Shown in pieces: positions 12,386 through 21,000 of a DNA stretch of 64,000 nt. Origin of the DNA: Nannocystis sp. SCPEA4 (GTDB lineage Bacteria; Myxococcota_A; Polyangia; Nannocystales; Nannocystaceae). Below the pieces are notes generated by a model. It was not told the DNA's origin. It saw only the letters and a program-made list of their open reading frames with translations, and made no database searches. Every line of letters begins with the position of its first letter. The first letter of the stretch is position 1. The stretch lies in contig NZ_JAPNJX010000001.1 of NCBI RefSeq assembly GCF_026626685.1, positions 332,752 to 396,751 of the forward strand. Reading direction: 5' to 3'. The position numbers were made by a program, and so were the translations under genes.

Positions 12386-12705
12386 GGCTTTGTGGACCGC
12401 GAGAGGTCACCTGCGCCCGCAAGCGCGGGGCCCTGAAGACCTGGGTGACGGCGGGCACGGAGCGGCGAATCGGGTCCCATCGCGAACGGCGGGCCCCTCC
12501 CGTTTCACGTGCTCGGCGCTCTCGCGTCGAAGATGACCTGGCGAAGAAGACAGGTCCGTCGTGCGTGAGAATGACTGTGCGCCTGCGCGCGGTGAAACGC
12601 GGCTCCGTCCCGCCTGCGTCCCAATTCGCCGCTCCGTGCCCGCCTGCAGCGAGCGTCGCCGGCCCCGCTTGTCGCCGCGCGGAGAATCAATCCACCCGCG
12701 AAGAG

Positions 12706-12756
12706 CAGCGGCGGAGGAACATGCCTCTCTAGACATGTTTCAGGAGACATGCCCAA
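12706..12756. repeat. CATG-unit array (GAACATGCCTCTC TAGACATGTTTC AGGAGACATGCCC AAAGAGAC) in the convergent intergenic region
   Basis: Seen directly, 30 nt downstream of the minus-strand lipoprotein stop (12789). Confidence 0.55.
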
Positions 12757-12788
12757 AGAGACACGAGGCTCGGTGTACCGACGAGGGC

Positions 12789-13841
12789 TCAGTCGACCCC
12801 GCAGTAGCGCAGCGCGCAGCTCGGCGGGGTCGGCAGGCGGTACATGATGAACGGCCCGCAGTTCTGCACGGCGATCGGGGCCTTGAAGTGACAGGTCTCG
12901 CCTTCCCAGTGGAAGCAGACCTCGCGGGCGACCACGCCGTCGGCCTCCGAGGGCTCCTGTCCGTTGAGCCAGCCGGGCGCGTGGGTCCCGCACGAGAACA
13001 TCGGCGGCGCGGTGGTCGGCATGCGCGAGCCCGCCGAGCCGACGAAGCGCGACCACTGGCCCTCGGCCGGCAGGTCGAGGTCGCACTCGACCTCCTCGAT
13101 CTGCGACGCCACGTTGCGGCCCGGCTGCGGCAGCGCCACCGCCTGCCCGCACTCGCCGGGCAGGTTCTCGGTCAGGCAGGCGTTGCAGCCGTCGCCCGCG
13201 GTCTGGTTGCCGTCGTCGCACAGCTCGCCCTCGGCCGTCTGCAGCACGTTGTCGCCGCAGCGGGGCCCGAGCGCCGCGCAGCCGGGCGCGCAGCCCTCGT
13301 AGCTGTTGTCGTTGATCTTGTCGTCGCACACCTCGGTGCCGGCGCGCACGAACCCGTCGCCGCAGGTCGCTTGCTTGCACGTCGACGGGCAGTCGTCGGT
13401 GTCGCTCGAGTTGCCGTCGTCGCACTCCTCGCCGTCCTCGACCACTCCGTTGCCGCAGTCGCTCGGCGGCTCGGTCGTGACGGTGATGGTCGTCACCGTG
13501 ATGGTCTCGGTCGGGAAGGTCGTGAAGGTCGGGTCCGTGAAAGTCGGGTCCGTGATGGTGACGGTCGGCTCGATCGTGTCGGTCGGCTCGATCGTCGTCG
13601 GCGGGTCGATCGTCGTCGGCGGATCGATCGTCGTCGGCGGCAACGTGTCGGTGACCGTCGTCGGCAATGTGTCGGTGACCGTCGTCGGCAGCGTGTCGGT
13701 GATCGTGTCGGTAAGCGTATCGGTGATGGAGGTGGAGAGCGTGTCCGTGGTGTCGACCTTGACCGCGAAGCAGCCCGCGGCGAGGTGCGCAAAAACAATC
13801 GCCCACGTCTCCAACCGCCACCGTCTACAAGCGAGTAACAT
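12789..13841 (-). CDS. secreted lipoprotein with a Thr/Asp/Pro-rich tandem-repeat linker and Myxococcus cysteine-rich repeats
   Basis: Lipobox AHLAAGC, then (TDT[LI]..) repeats of about 90 aa, then CGNGVVEDGEECDDGN...GDGCNAC repeats and a Cys-rich C-terminus. Confidence 0.7.
   Translation of the reverse strand: MLLACRRWRLETWAIVFAHLAAGCFAVKVDTTDTLSTSITDTLTDTITDTLPTTVTDTLPTTVTDTLPPTTIDPPTTIDPPTTIEPTDTIEPTVTITDPTFTDPTFTTFPTETITVTTITVTTEPPSDCGNGVVEDGEECDDGNSSDTDDCPSTCKQATCGDGFVRAGTEVCDDKINDNSYEGCAPGCAALGPRCGDNVLQTAEGELCDDGNQTAGDGCNACLTENLPGECGQAVALPQPGRNVASQIEEVECDLDLPAEGQWSRFVGSAGSRMPTTAPPMFSCGTHAPGWLNGQEPSEADGVVAREVCFHWEGETCHFKAPIAVQNCGPFIMYRLPTPPSCALRYCGVD
13490..13745. repeat. coding tandem DNA repeats (21-24-bp units GTCGGCGG(G/A)TCGATCGTC / GTGTCGGTGACCGTCGTCGGCA) giving the TDT/PTT repeats of the lipoprotein
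   Basis: Direct reading of the plus strand; the protein shows (TDTLPTTV) and (TIDPPT) repeats. Confidence 0.65.
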
Positions 13842-14005
13842 AGGCTTTCAAAGGTACTCGTGCGCCCCGTACCCGTGCAAGGCCGACCCATCGATCAGGC
13901 GCTCCCGGGGCCTTCACCACGCGATCGCGCGCGACTCGTGACGACACCGCTGCGGCCTTTCGGAGTCAGTTGACAGCCGGCGGGCCGTGGCGCATCGAGG
14001 CCTGA

Positions 14006-16141
14006 ATGACGAGGCACACGCACCGCCCATGGTTCGGGGCCGCGCTCGGGCTCGTGTGGTTGGCCGGCTGCCCGAGCAGCCCGACGGCCAACGACACCGA
14101 CGCCGATCCGGTCACGACTGGTAACACGATGTCGTCGCCGACCGGCGCGCCCACCGAGGGCACCGCAGGAGACACCGACGATCCGACCGCCGGCGACCCG
14201 ACCGAGGGCGACGCGGTCGACCCGGGGCGTGTCACCGTGCACCGCCTCAACCGCACCGAGTACAACAACACGGTCAAGGACCTCCTCGGCACCGCGCAGC
14301 GGCCCGCAGACAGCTTCCCGGCCGACGACTTCGGGCTCGGGTTCGACAACATCTCCGACGTCCTCAGCACCTCGCCGCTGCAGGCCGAGCTCTATGAGCG
14401 GGCCGCCGAAGGTCTGATCCTCGAGGCGATGGAGATCCCGATCACCGACCCGGGCACCTGGCAGATCGAGGCCGAGGACGCGCTCGCCTCGGTCGGCGGG
14501 GCCACCGGCGAGGGCTGGAACCTCTACAGCAACGGCGAGGTGTACCAGACCATCGAGCTGCCCTACGACGGCCAGTACAAGTTCAGCGCCCGCGTCTGGG
14601 GCCAGCAGGCCGGCCCCGACCTGCCGCACATGAACCTGACCGTCGATCAGGCCCCGGTGGCGATGTTCGACGTCGAGGCGGTGCAGAACGGCGCGCAGGT
14701 CTACGAGATCACGATCGACGCCACCGCCGGCGTGCACAAGTTCGCGGTCGAGTTCACCAACGACTACTACGACGAGCCGAACATGGCCGACCGCAATCTG
14801 ATCGTCGACTGGTTCAAGGTCGAGGGTCCGATCAACCTGCCGCAGGGCGACAACCCGCTGCGCACGCGGATCATGATCTGCGACCCGGACACCGAGGGCG
14901 AGGAGGTCTGTCTGCGCCAGATCTTGAGCACCTTCACCGAGCGCGCGTGGCGACGCCCGGTCACCGGCGCCGAGCTCGACGCGCTGATGCAGTTCGTCGC
15001 CGACGGCAAGGCGGCCGGCGACACCTGGGAGGCCGGCCTCCGCATCGCCCTGCAGGCCGTGATGGTCTCGCCGTACTTCGTCTACCGCGTCGAGCTCGAC
15101 CCGGCGCCGACCGACCTGACGCCGCACCCGCTCACCGACTTCGAGCTGGCCTCGCGCCTGTCCTACTTCCTGTGGAGCAGCATGCCCGACGACGAGCTGT
15201 TCGCGGCAGCCAGGGCCGGCGCGCTGCAGGACCCCGTCGAGCTCGAGGCCCAGGCCCGGCGCATGCTCGCCGACGACCGCGCTCGCGCACTGATCGACAA
15301 CTTCGCCGGGCAGTGGTGGCTCATCCGCAACATCGCCGTCGCGTTCAAGGACGTCGCCATGTACCCGCAGTGGAACGACGCGATGCGCGAGTCGATGCGC
15401 ACCGAGATGAAGCTGTTCGCCGAGGCGTTCTTCTCCGCCGACCGGGACTTCCTCGAGATGCTGACCGCCACCGACACGTACGTCGACGCCACCCTCGCCG
15501 CCCACTACGGCATCGAGGGCCAGTTCGGGCCCGAGTTCGCCGAGGTCGACTTCGGCGAGCTGCCGTTCCAGGGCATCCTCAACAAGGCCGGCCTGATGAC
15601 GGTGCTCTCGCACGCCGACCACACCTCGCCGGTCAAGCGCGGCAAGTGGGTGCTCGAGAGCCTGCTGTGTCAATCGCCGCCGCCGCCGCCGCCGGGCGTC
15701 GACACCAAGCTCAACCCGATCGAGGGCAAGACGCAGCGCGAGATCCTCGAGGCCCACCGCGACAAGCCCGAGTGCATCGGCTGCCACGTCACCATGGACC
15801 CGCTCGGCTTCGCCCTCGAGCACTACGACCCGCTCGGCGCCTGGCGCGACCTCGACAACGGCCTGCCGATCGACTCCACCGGCACGCTGCCCAACGGCAA
15901 GCCGTTCGCCGACGCGCTCGAGATGCAGGGCCTGATCGCCGCCGAGCCCGAATTCCTGGCCTGCGTCGCCCGCAAGACCTTCATCTACGCCCTCGGGCGC
16001 GCCGTCGGGATCAAGGACACCCCGTACCTCGACGACATCTCGACCGACTTCTCGGGCAACGACCGTCGCTTCTCCGACCTCGTCGTCTCGCTCGTCACGA
16101 GCGACGTGTTCCGCATGCGCCGCGGCGACCCCGCGATGTGA
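14006..16141 (+). CDS. DUF1592/DUF1595/DUF1587/DUF1588/DUF1585-type multidomain lipoprotein carrying a CxxCH motif
   Basis: Lipobox LVWLAGC and the architecture typical of the Planctomycete/Myxobacterial DUF1592 family. CIGCH sits at nt 15773-15787. A DUF1552 partner follows directly. Confidence 0.8.
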   Translation: MTRHTHRPWFGAALGLVWLAGCPSSPTANDTDADPVTTGNTMSSPTGAPTEGTAGDTDDPTAGDPTEGDAVDPGRVTVHRLNRTEYNNTVKDLLGTAQRPADSFPADDFGLGFDNISDVLSTSPLQAELYERAAEGLILEAMEIPITDPGTWQIEAEDALASVGGATGEGWNLYSNGEVYQTIELPYDGQYKFSARVWGQQAGPDLPHMNLTVDQAPVAMFDVEAVQNGAQVYEITIDATAGVHKFAVEFTNDYYDEPNMADRNLIVDWFKVEGPINLPQGDNPLRTRIMICDPDTEGEEVCLRQILSTFTERAWRRPVTGAELDALMQFVADGKAAGDTWEAGLRIALQAVMVSPYFVYRVELDPAPTDLTPHPLTDFELASRLSYFLWSSMPDDELFAAARAGALQDPVELEAQARRMLADDRARALIDNFAGQWWLIRNIAVAFKDVAMYPQWNDAMRESMRTEMKLFAEAFFSADRDFLEMLTATDTYVDATLAAHYGIEGQFGPEFAEVDFGELPFQGILNKAGLMTVLSHADHTSPVKRGKWVLESLLCQSPPPPPPGVDTKLNPIEGKTQREILEAHRDKPECIGCHVTMDPLGFALEHYDPLGAWRDLDNGLPIDSTGTLPNGKPFADALEMQGLIAAEPEFLACVARKTFIYALGRAVGIKDTPYLDDISTDFSGNDRRFSDLVVSLVTSDVFRMRRGDPAM

Positions 16142-16172
16142 ACCACCACCCCAACTTCCCGGAGACATCACG

Positions 16173-17531
16173 ATGCCGCGTCGCTTTTCACTCTCGCGCC
16201 GTACCCTCCTGGGCGGGGCCGGTGCCCTGATCGCCCTACCCTGGCTCGAGGCCATGGCGCCCGCCGGACGGCGGGCTCGCGCGGAGGAGCCCATGGGCCC
16301 GCCGCTGCGCGCCCTCTTCTACTACCTCCCCAACGGGATCCACATGCAGTCGTACACGCCTGCGACCGAGGGCCCGGGCTTCGAGATCACGCCGATCCTC
16401 TCGCCGCTCGTCGACCCGCAGGCGATGGTCGACCTCAAGGGCGACATCCTGGTCCTGACTGGCCTGCAGAACCTGCCCGCAAAGCCAGAAGGCCCGGGCG
16501 ACCACGCCGGCGGCACGTCGGCGTTCCTCACCTGTACGCATGTCACCAAGTCCGAGACCGACATCAACAACGACATCTCGATCGACCAGGTGATCGCCAA
16601 CGCCATCGGCGACGCCACGCCGCACCGCTCGCTGCAGTTCGGGACCGCCAACGGCGCGACCATGGGCAACTGCGACAGCGGCTACAGCTGCGCCTACACC
16701 AGCAACATCTCGTGGGCCGACGCCAAGACCCCGCTGCCCAAGCTGTACGACCCGCAGGTCATCTTCGACCTGCTGTTCTCCGGCTTCGACCCCGAGGCGA
16801 CCGCCGAGGAGCAGGCCAAGCGGCGCGCCAACCGGATCAGCGTCATCGACTACGCGACCGGCCAGGTCGAGTCGCTGCAGACCAAGCTCGGCAAGACCGA
16901 CCGCGACAAGCTCGACCAGTACCTCACCGGCCTGCGCGACCTCGAGAAGCGCCTCACCGCCGAGAACACCGAGGCGGTGTGCTCGCTGCCGGCGATGTTC
17001 TCGGGCGCCTACCCCGACTTCACCACCCACGTCGACCTCATGACCGAGCTGATGGTGCTGGCCTTCCAGTGCGACCAGACCCGCATCATCACGTTCATGC
17101 TCGAGAACGCCGGCAGCTACCGCGACTACTCGTTCATCGGCGCCCAGGGAGCGCACCACGAGATCTCGCACCACATGGACAACCCGGACAACTTCGCCAA
17201 GCTCGAGATCATCGATCGCTGGGAGATGGTCCAGTTCGCCAAGCTGCTGCAGAAGCTCAAGTCGTCGCCCGAGGGCGACGGCACGCTGCTCGACAACTGC
17301 GTGGTGTTCCTGTCGTCCGAGATCAGCGACGGCAACGCGCACAACCACAACAACCTGCCGGTGCTGCTGGCGGGCCGCGCCCAGGGCCAGCTGACGCCCG
17401 GACGCCACGTGAAGTACGGCGACAACCCGCCCCTCGCCAACCTGTTCACCTCGATCGCCGAGATGTTCGACGTGCCCATGGCCGGCTTCGGCGACGACGG
17501 CACCGGCGCGCTGCCGAACCTCAAGGTGTGA
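16173..17531 (+). CDS. DUF1552-family protein with twin-arginine signal
   Basis: MPRRFSLSRRTLLGGAGALIALPWLEAMAP is the canonical Tat signal of DUF1552 proteins, and it is always paired with a DUF1592 gene. Confidence 0.8.
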   Translation: MPRRFSLSRRTLLGGAGALIALPWLEAMAPAGRRARAEEPMGPPLRALFYYLPNGIHMQSYTPATEGPGFEITPILSPLVDPQAMVDLKGDILVLTGLQNLPAKPEGPGDHAGGTSAFLTCTHVTKSETDINNDISIDQVIANAIGDATPHRSLQFGTANGATMGNCDSGYSCAYTSNISWADAKTPLPKLYDPQVIFDLLFSGFDPEATAEEQAKRRANRISVIDYATGQVESLQTKLGKTDRDKLDQYLTGLRDLEKRLTAENTEAVCSLPAMFSGAYPDFTTHVDLMTELMVLAFQCDQTRIITFMLENAGSYRDYSFIGAQGAHHEISHHMDNPDNFAKLEIIDRWEMVQFAKLLQKLKSSPEGDGTLLDNCVVFLSSEISDGNAHNHNNLPVLLAGRAQGQLTPGRHVKYGDNPPLANLFTSIAEMFDVPMAGFGDDGTGALPNLKV

Positions 17532-17533
17532 GC

Positions 17534-17560
17534 GCTGGCTCGCTGCTCCGGCGAGCCAGC
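17534..17560. terminator. GC hairpin just after the DUF1552 stop codon (10-bp stem GCTGGCTCGC/GCGAGCCAGC), between convergent genes
   Basis: Perfect inverted repeat seen directly. There is no U-tract, which is common at this GC content. Confidence 0.5.
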
Positions 17561-17562
17561 AC

Positions 17563-17630
17563 GTTCAGACATGCTCCAAGGAGCATGCCCTTCCGGGCAT
17601 GCTCCTTTGAACATGCCCGGGCGGACAGCT
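17563..17630. repeat. Array of alternating CATG-centred palindromic units (ACATGCTCC aa GGAGCATGCCC ttcc GGGCATGCTCC tttgaa CATGCCC) plus GGACAG
   Basis: Seen directly. Overlapping 9-11-bp inverted repeats form a zig-zag of hairpins. It belongs to a motif family found in all convergent intergenic regions here. Confidence 0.6.
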
Positions 17631-18990
17631 ACGGCTCGGCGAGCTCTTGCCGCGCGACGTCGCCGATCTGCCCGGCCAGCTCCTCGAGCCGGGCGAGGTC
17701 GGGGCCCTCGAGCATGACCCGCAGGCTGGCCTCGGTGCCGGAGTAGCGGACCAGCACGCGGCCGTCGTCGCCGAGCTCGGCCTCCGCCGCGCGCACGGCG
17801 GCGCCGAGCTGCGGCAGGAGGTCGAGCGGGACCTTGCGCGCGACCGGGATCGCGCGCAGCAGCTGCGGGTAGCGCGTCATCACCGACGCGAGGTCGGCCA
17901 GCGCGCGGCCGCTGCGCTGCATGATCGCCAGCACCTGCAGCGCGGCCACCATGCCGTCGCCGGTGGTCCCGTGGTCGAGGAAGACGACGTGCCCCGACTG
18001 CTCGCCGCCGAGGTTGTACGCGCCCTGGACCATCGCCTCGACCACGTAGCGATCGCCGACGGGGGTGCGCACGACGCCGATCCCGTGCCCGGCGAGGCAG
18101 CGCGCCAGGCCCATGTTGGACATCACCGTCGCCACCACCGCGGCCCCGCGCAGGGCCTGGCGCGCGTGCATGTCGAGGGCGCAGATCGCCAGGATCGCGT
18201 CGCCGTCGACGACCGCGCCGCGCGCGTCGCTGAAGACCACGCGGTCGGCGTCGCCGTCGAGGGCGATGCCGAGGTCGGCCCCGTGCTCGACCACCGCGCG
18301 GCACATCGCCTGCGGGTGCACCGCGCCGCAGGCGTCGTTGATGTTGACGCCGTCGGGGCCCGCGCCGATCGCTATCACCGTCGCGCCGAGCTCGCGCAGG
18401 ACCGTGGGCGCGACCTTGTAGGCGGCCCCGTGGGCGCAGTCGACGACGATCTTGAGGCCGTCGAGCTCGAGCGACGACGGGAAGCTGTGCTTGAGGTGCG
18501 TCAGGTAGCGGCCGGCCGCGTCGTCGATGCGCGCCGCCTTGCCGATGTCGCGCCCGCGCGCGACCCGTTCGTCGAGCGCGCCCGGCTCCATCAGCTGCTC
18601 GAGGTGCGCCTCGACATCGTCGGGCAGCTTGAAGCCGTCGGCCGCGAACAGCTTGATGCCATTGTCGGCGAACGGGTTGTGACTGGCGGAGATGACGACG
18701 CCGGCGTCGGCGCGCATCGAGCGGGTGATGTAGGCGATGCCCGGGGTCGGCAGCGGCCCGACGAGCAGCACCTCGGCCCCCATGGCGCACACGCCGGCCG
18801 CCAGCGCCGTCTCGAACATGTAGCCGGACAGCCGCGTGTCCTTGCCGATGACGACGCTGCCGCGCCGACCGAAGTGCGCCGCGACGGCCATGCCCAGCCG
18901 CAACGCGATATCAGGGGTCATCGGCGGGACACCCGCGGGTCCGCGGATCCCGTCGGTGCCGAACAACCGACGCTCGTTCGCCATGCGCAC
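17629..18990 (-). CDS. glmM: phosphoglucosamine mutase
   Basis: [10 protein letters not shown]..., the phosphoserine loop SASHNP and full-length alpha-D-phosphohexomutase domains. Confidence 0.9.
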   Translation of the reverse strand: MRMANERRLFGTDGIRGPAGVPPMTPDIALRLGMAVAAHFGRRGSVVIGKDTRLSGYMFETALAAGVCAMGAEVLLVGPLPTPGIAYITRSMRADAGVVISASHNPFADNGIKLFAADGFKLPDDVEAHLEQLMEPGALDERVARGRDIGKAARIDDAAGRYLTHLKHSFPSSLELDGLKIVVDCAHGAAYKVAPTVLRELGATVIAIGAGPDGVNINDACGAVHPQAMCRAVVEHGADLGIALDGDADRVVFSDARGAVVDGDAILAICALDMHARQALRGAAVVATVMSNMGLARCLAGHGIGVVRTPVGDRYVVEAMVQGAYNLGGEQSGHVVFLDHGTTGDGMVAALQVLAIMQRSGRALADLASVMTRYPQLLRAIPVARKVPLDLLPQLGAAVRAAEAELGDDGRVLVRYSGTEASLRVMLEGPDLARLEELAGQIGDVARQELAEP

Positions 18991-18997
18991 GTCCTTC

Positions 18998-19996
18998 TTA
19001 ATGGCCGCGACTGGCGCCGTCCAGCGGCTTTTCGGCGGGCGGCGGCGGCAGGAGGATGCGCTCCTGAGCTGGCTCCAAGGTCAGGTTGGCCCGCAGCGCC
19101 GGCGGGACGGCCTCGGACAGGCTCAGATCGACCTGCACCGCCCCGACCGGCGCGTCCTCCTGCGGCTTCTGCAGTTGCACGGTCGAGACCACCGCGCTCG
19201 GGATCGCGTCGATCTGGCGCAGCGACGGCACCGGCCCGCGCACCACCGCCGCGACCTTGAGCGGCGCGCCGTACGGCGGTTCCTGGTCGACGGGCCAGGT
19301 CAGCGGGACCTCGTAGCGGCGCTCGCTGACCTTGGGCCGGATCGCCACCGACACGGTGACCTTCGGCACCTCGCCCGGGGCCACGCCGGTGTACTCGGCG
19401 CCCTCGCGCAGTTGGCCGAGCCCGACCACCATCTCGACGTCGGCCGTGGCGCCGCTGACGTCGATCGGATCGGTGTTGAGGTTGGCCAGCTCGCCGACGA
19501 TCTTGCTGCCGCCGTGGACGCGCCAGCGCGGCGGGTCGACGCGCGTCCCGGTGTGCTCGTAGTCGGGGTGGACCAGCCCGCGCACCGCGGCGCTGATCAG
19601 CACCGCGCGCTCGATGACCGGATCGAAGCGGAGGTCGACCTTCTCGTAGTCCATGCCGCGGAAGATCACCCCGGGCGGCATCACGATGGTCGCCGGGTCG
19701 AGCTCGAGCGGCCCCGGCCGCGCGCCCGCGAGGTCGAGCTGGGCGCTGCCGAGGTCGTGGCCCGACAGGCGGTTCATCCGCGCCCACGAGCCGTGCAGCT
19801 CGACCGTCACCGTCTCCGGCAGCTTGGTCAGCAGCACCCGCCGCGGGTCGGTGTTGACCTTGAGCGGGATCGTGAAGCGCCGCGTGACGTCGTCGCGGGT
19901 GAAGATGAAGAACCCGCTGGCGAGGATCAGCGCCGTCAGCTTGGTGAGCAGGTGATTGAACAGCGCCCCGTAGAGCCACCGCAGCGCGCGCGTCAC
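18998..19996 (-). CDS. cdaR: YbbR-domain protein (CdaR-like regulator of diadenylate cyclase)
   Basis: An N-terminal transmembrane helix then repeated YbbR-like beta domains. It sits between cdaA and glmM, overlapping cdaA by 4 nt. Confidence 0.75.
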   Translation of the reverse strand: MTRALRWLYGALFNHLLTKLTALILASGFFIFTRDDVTRRFTIPLKVNTDPRRVLLTKLPETVTVELHGSWARMNRLSGHDLGSAQLDLAGARPGPLELDPATIVMPPGVIFRGMDYEKVDLRFDPVIERAVLISAAVRGLVHPDYEHTGTRVDPPRWRVHGGSKIVGELANLNTDPIDVSGATADVEMVVGLGQLREGAEYTGVAPGEVPKVTVSVAIRPKVSERRYEVPLTWPVDQEPPYGAPLKVAAVVRGPVPSLRQIDAIPSAVVSTVQLQKPQEDAPVGAVQVDLSLSEAVPPALRANLTLEPAQERILLPPPPAEKPLDGASRGH

Positions 19997-21000
19997 CCCT
20001 CACCTCCCTTGCGCGACAGCGGCGTGAAGTCGGTGACCGACGGCGCGTGGAGGAAGTCGTTGTCGTTCCACTTCTCGTCGGTCGGCGCCGCCCCCTCCTT
20101 GCCGCGCCGCCGCACCGCCGTCATATCGGTCGCGCTCTCGCCGGCCTTGCGCAGGTCCATGTAGCTGCGCGCCGCGCCCTTGGCGACCGCGAGGCTCTCG
20201 CTCGGCGGCGCCTGACGCGACGCCTCGGCCCGCGGTTGCTCGAGCCAGCGGGAGATCCGGGCCTCGAGCTGCTCGGGCGTCAGCGGGTCGGAGATGGCGC
20301 CGCGGTGGACCATGCGGATCTCGCCGCGCTCCTCGCTGAGCACGATGACCAGCGCGTCGCTCTCTTCGCTGACGCCGATGGCCCCGCGGTGGCGGGTGCC
20401 GAACGCCGGGTCGAGGCGGTCGCGCTGGGTGAGCGGGCAGATCACGCCGGCGCGGGCGATCCGCAGGTTCTGGATCAGCACGGCGCCGTCGTGCGTGAGG
20501 TTGATCGAGTACGGGATGAGGAGCGCGACCAGCGTGTCGGCGTGCAGCGAGGCGTCGATCTCGCGGCCGCGGTCGCTGACGACGTCGAGCACGTCGATCT
20601 CGCCCTGCAGGATGAACAGCGCGCCGAGGCGGGCGCGGCTGAGCCGCTCGACCGCCACCACCAGCTCGCTGACGGCGCTGCGGGCCGCGTCGCGGTGGCC
20701 CTGCGGCAACAGGCGCTGGCCCATGTGCAGCAAGATCCGCCGCAGCTCCTGGTGGAACACGACGATGAGGATGATGATGACGTACTCGAGGAAGTAACGG
20801 ACCAGCGCCGCGACCGCGACCATGTCGAGCGCGCTCGCGGCCGCCGCGACGCCGCCGAACACCGCGACCGACAGCAGCACCGGCACCGCCCGCGTGCCCT
20901 GGAGCAGGCGCAGTGCGGCATAGACCAGGATCAGCAGGATCCCGAAGTCGAGCCCGTCGCGCCACGTGAGCGCCTCGATGAAGTCCCGCGGCGTCACCAT
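19993..21000 (-). CDS. cdaA: membrane-anchored diadenylate cyclase (c-di-AMP synthase), CdaA/DacA type
   Basis: Three N-terminal transmembrane helices plus a DAC domain (DGAVLI...GTRHRGAIGVSEESDALVIVLSEERGEI). The start was verified as ATG at 21000 (MVTPRDF...). Confidence 0.85.
   Translation of the reverse strand: MVTPRDFIEALTWRDGLDFGILLILVYAALRLLQGTRAVPVLLSVAVFGGVAAAASALDMVAVAALVRYFLEYVIIILIVVFHQELRRILLHMGQRLLPQGHRDAARSAVSELVVAVERLSRARLGALFILQGEIDVLDVVSDRGREIDASLHADTLVALLIPYSINLTHDGAVLIQNLRIARAGVICPLTQRDRLDPAFGTRHRGAIGVSEESDALVIVLSEERGEIRMVHRGAISDPLTPEQLEARISRWLEQPRAEASRQAPPSESLAVAKGAARSYMDLRKAGESATDMTAVRRRGKEGAAPTDEKWNDNDFLHAPSVTDFTPLSRKGGEG

Noticed and set aside
12386-12788. Possible small gene or sRNA in the 400-bp convergent spacer (ORFs 12166..12732 +, 12407..12736 -)
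   Set aside because: The ORFs have no coding-like composition and no homology. Only the CATG-unit array and a weak GC hairpin (12402-12430) are evident, so an RNA cannot be called from sequence alone.
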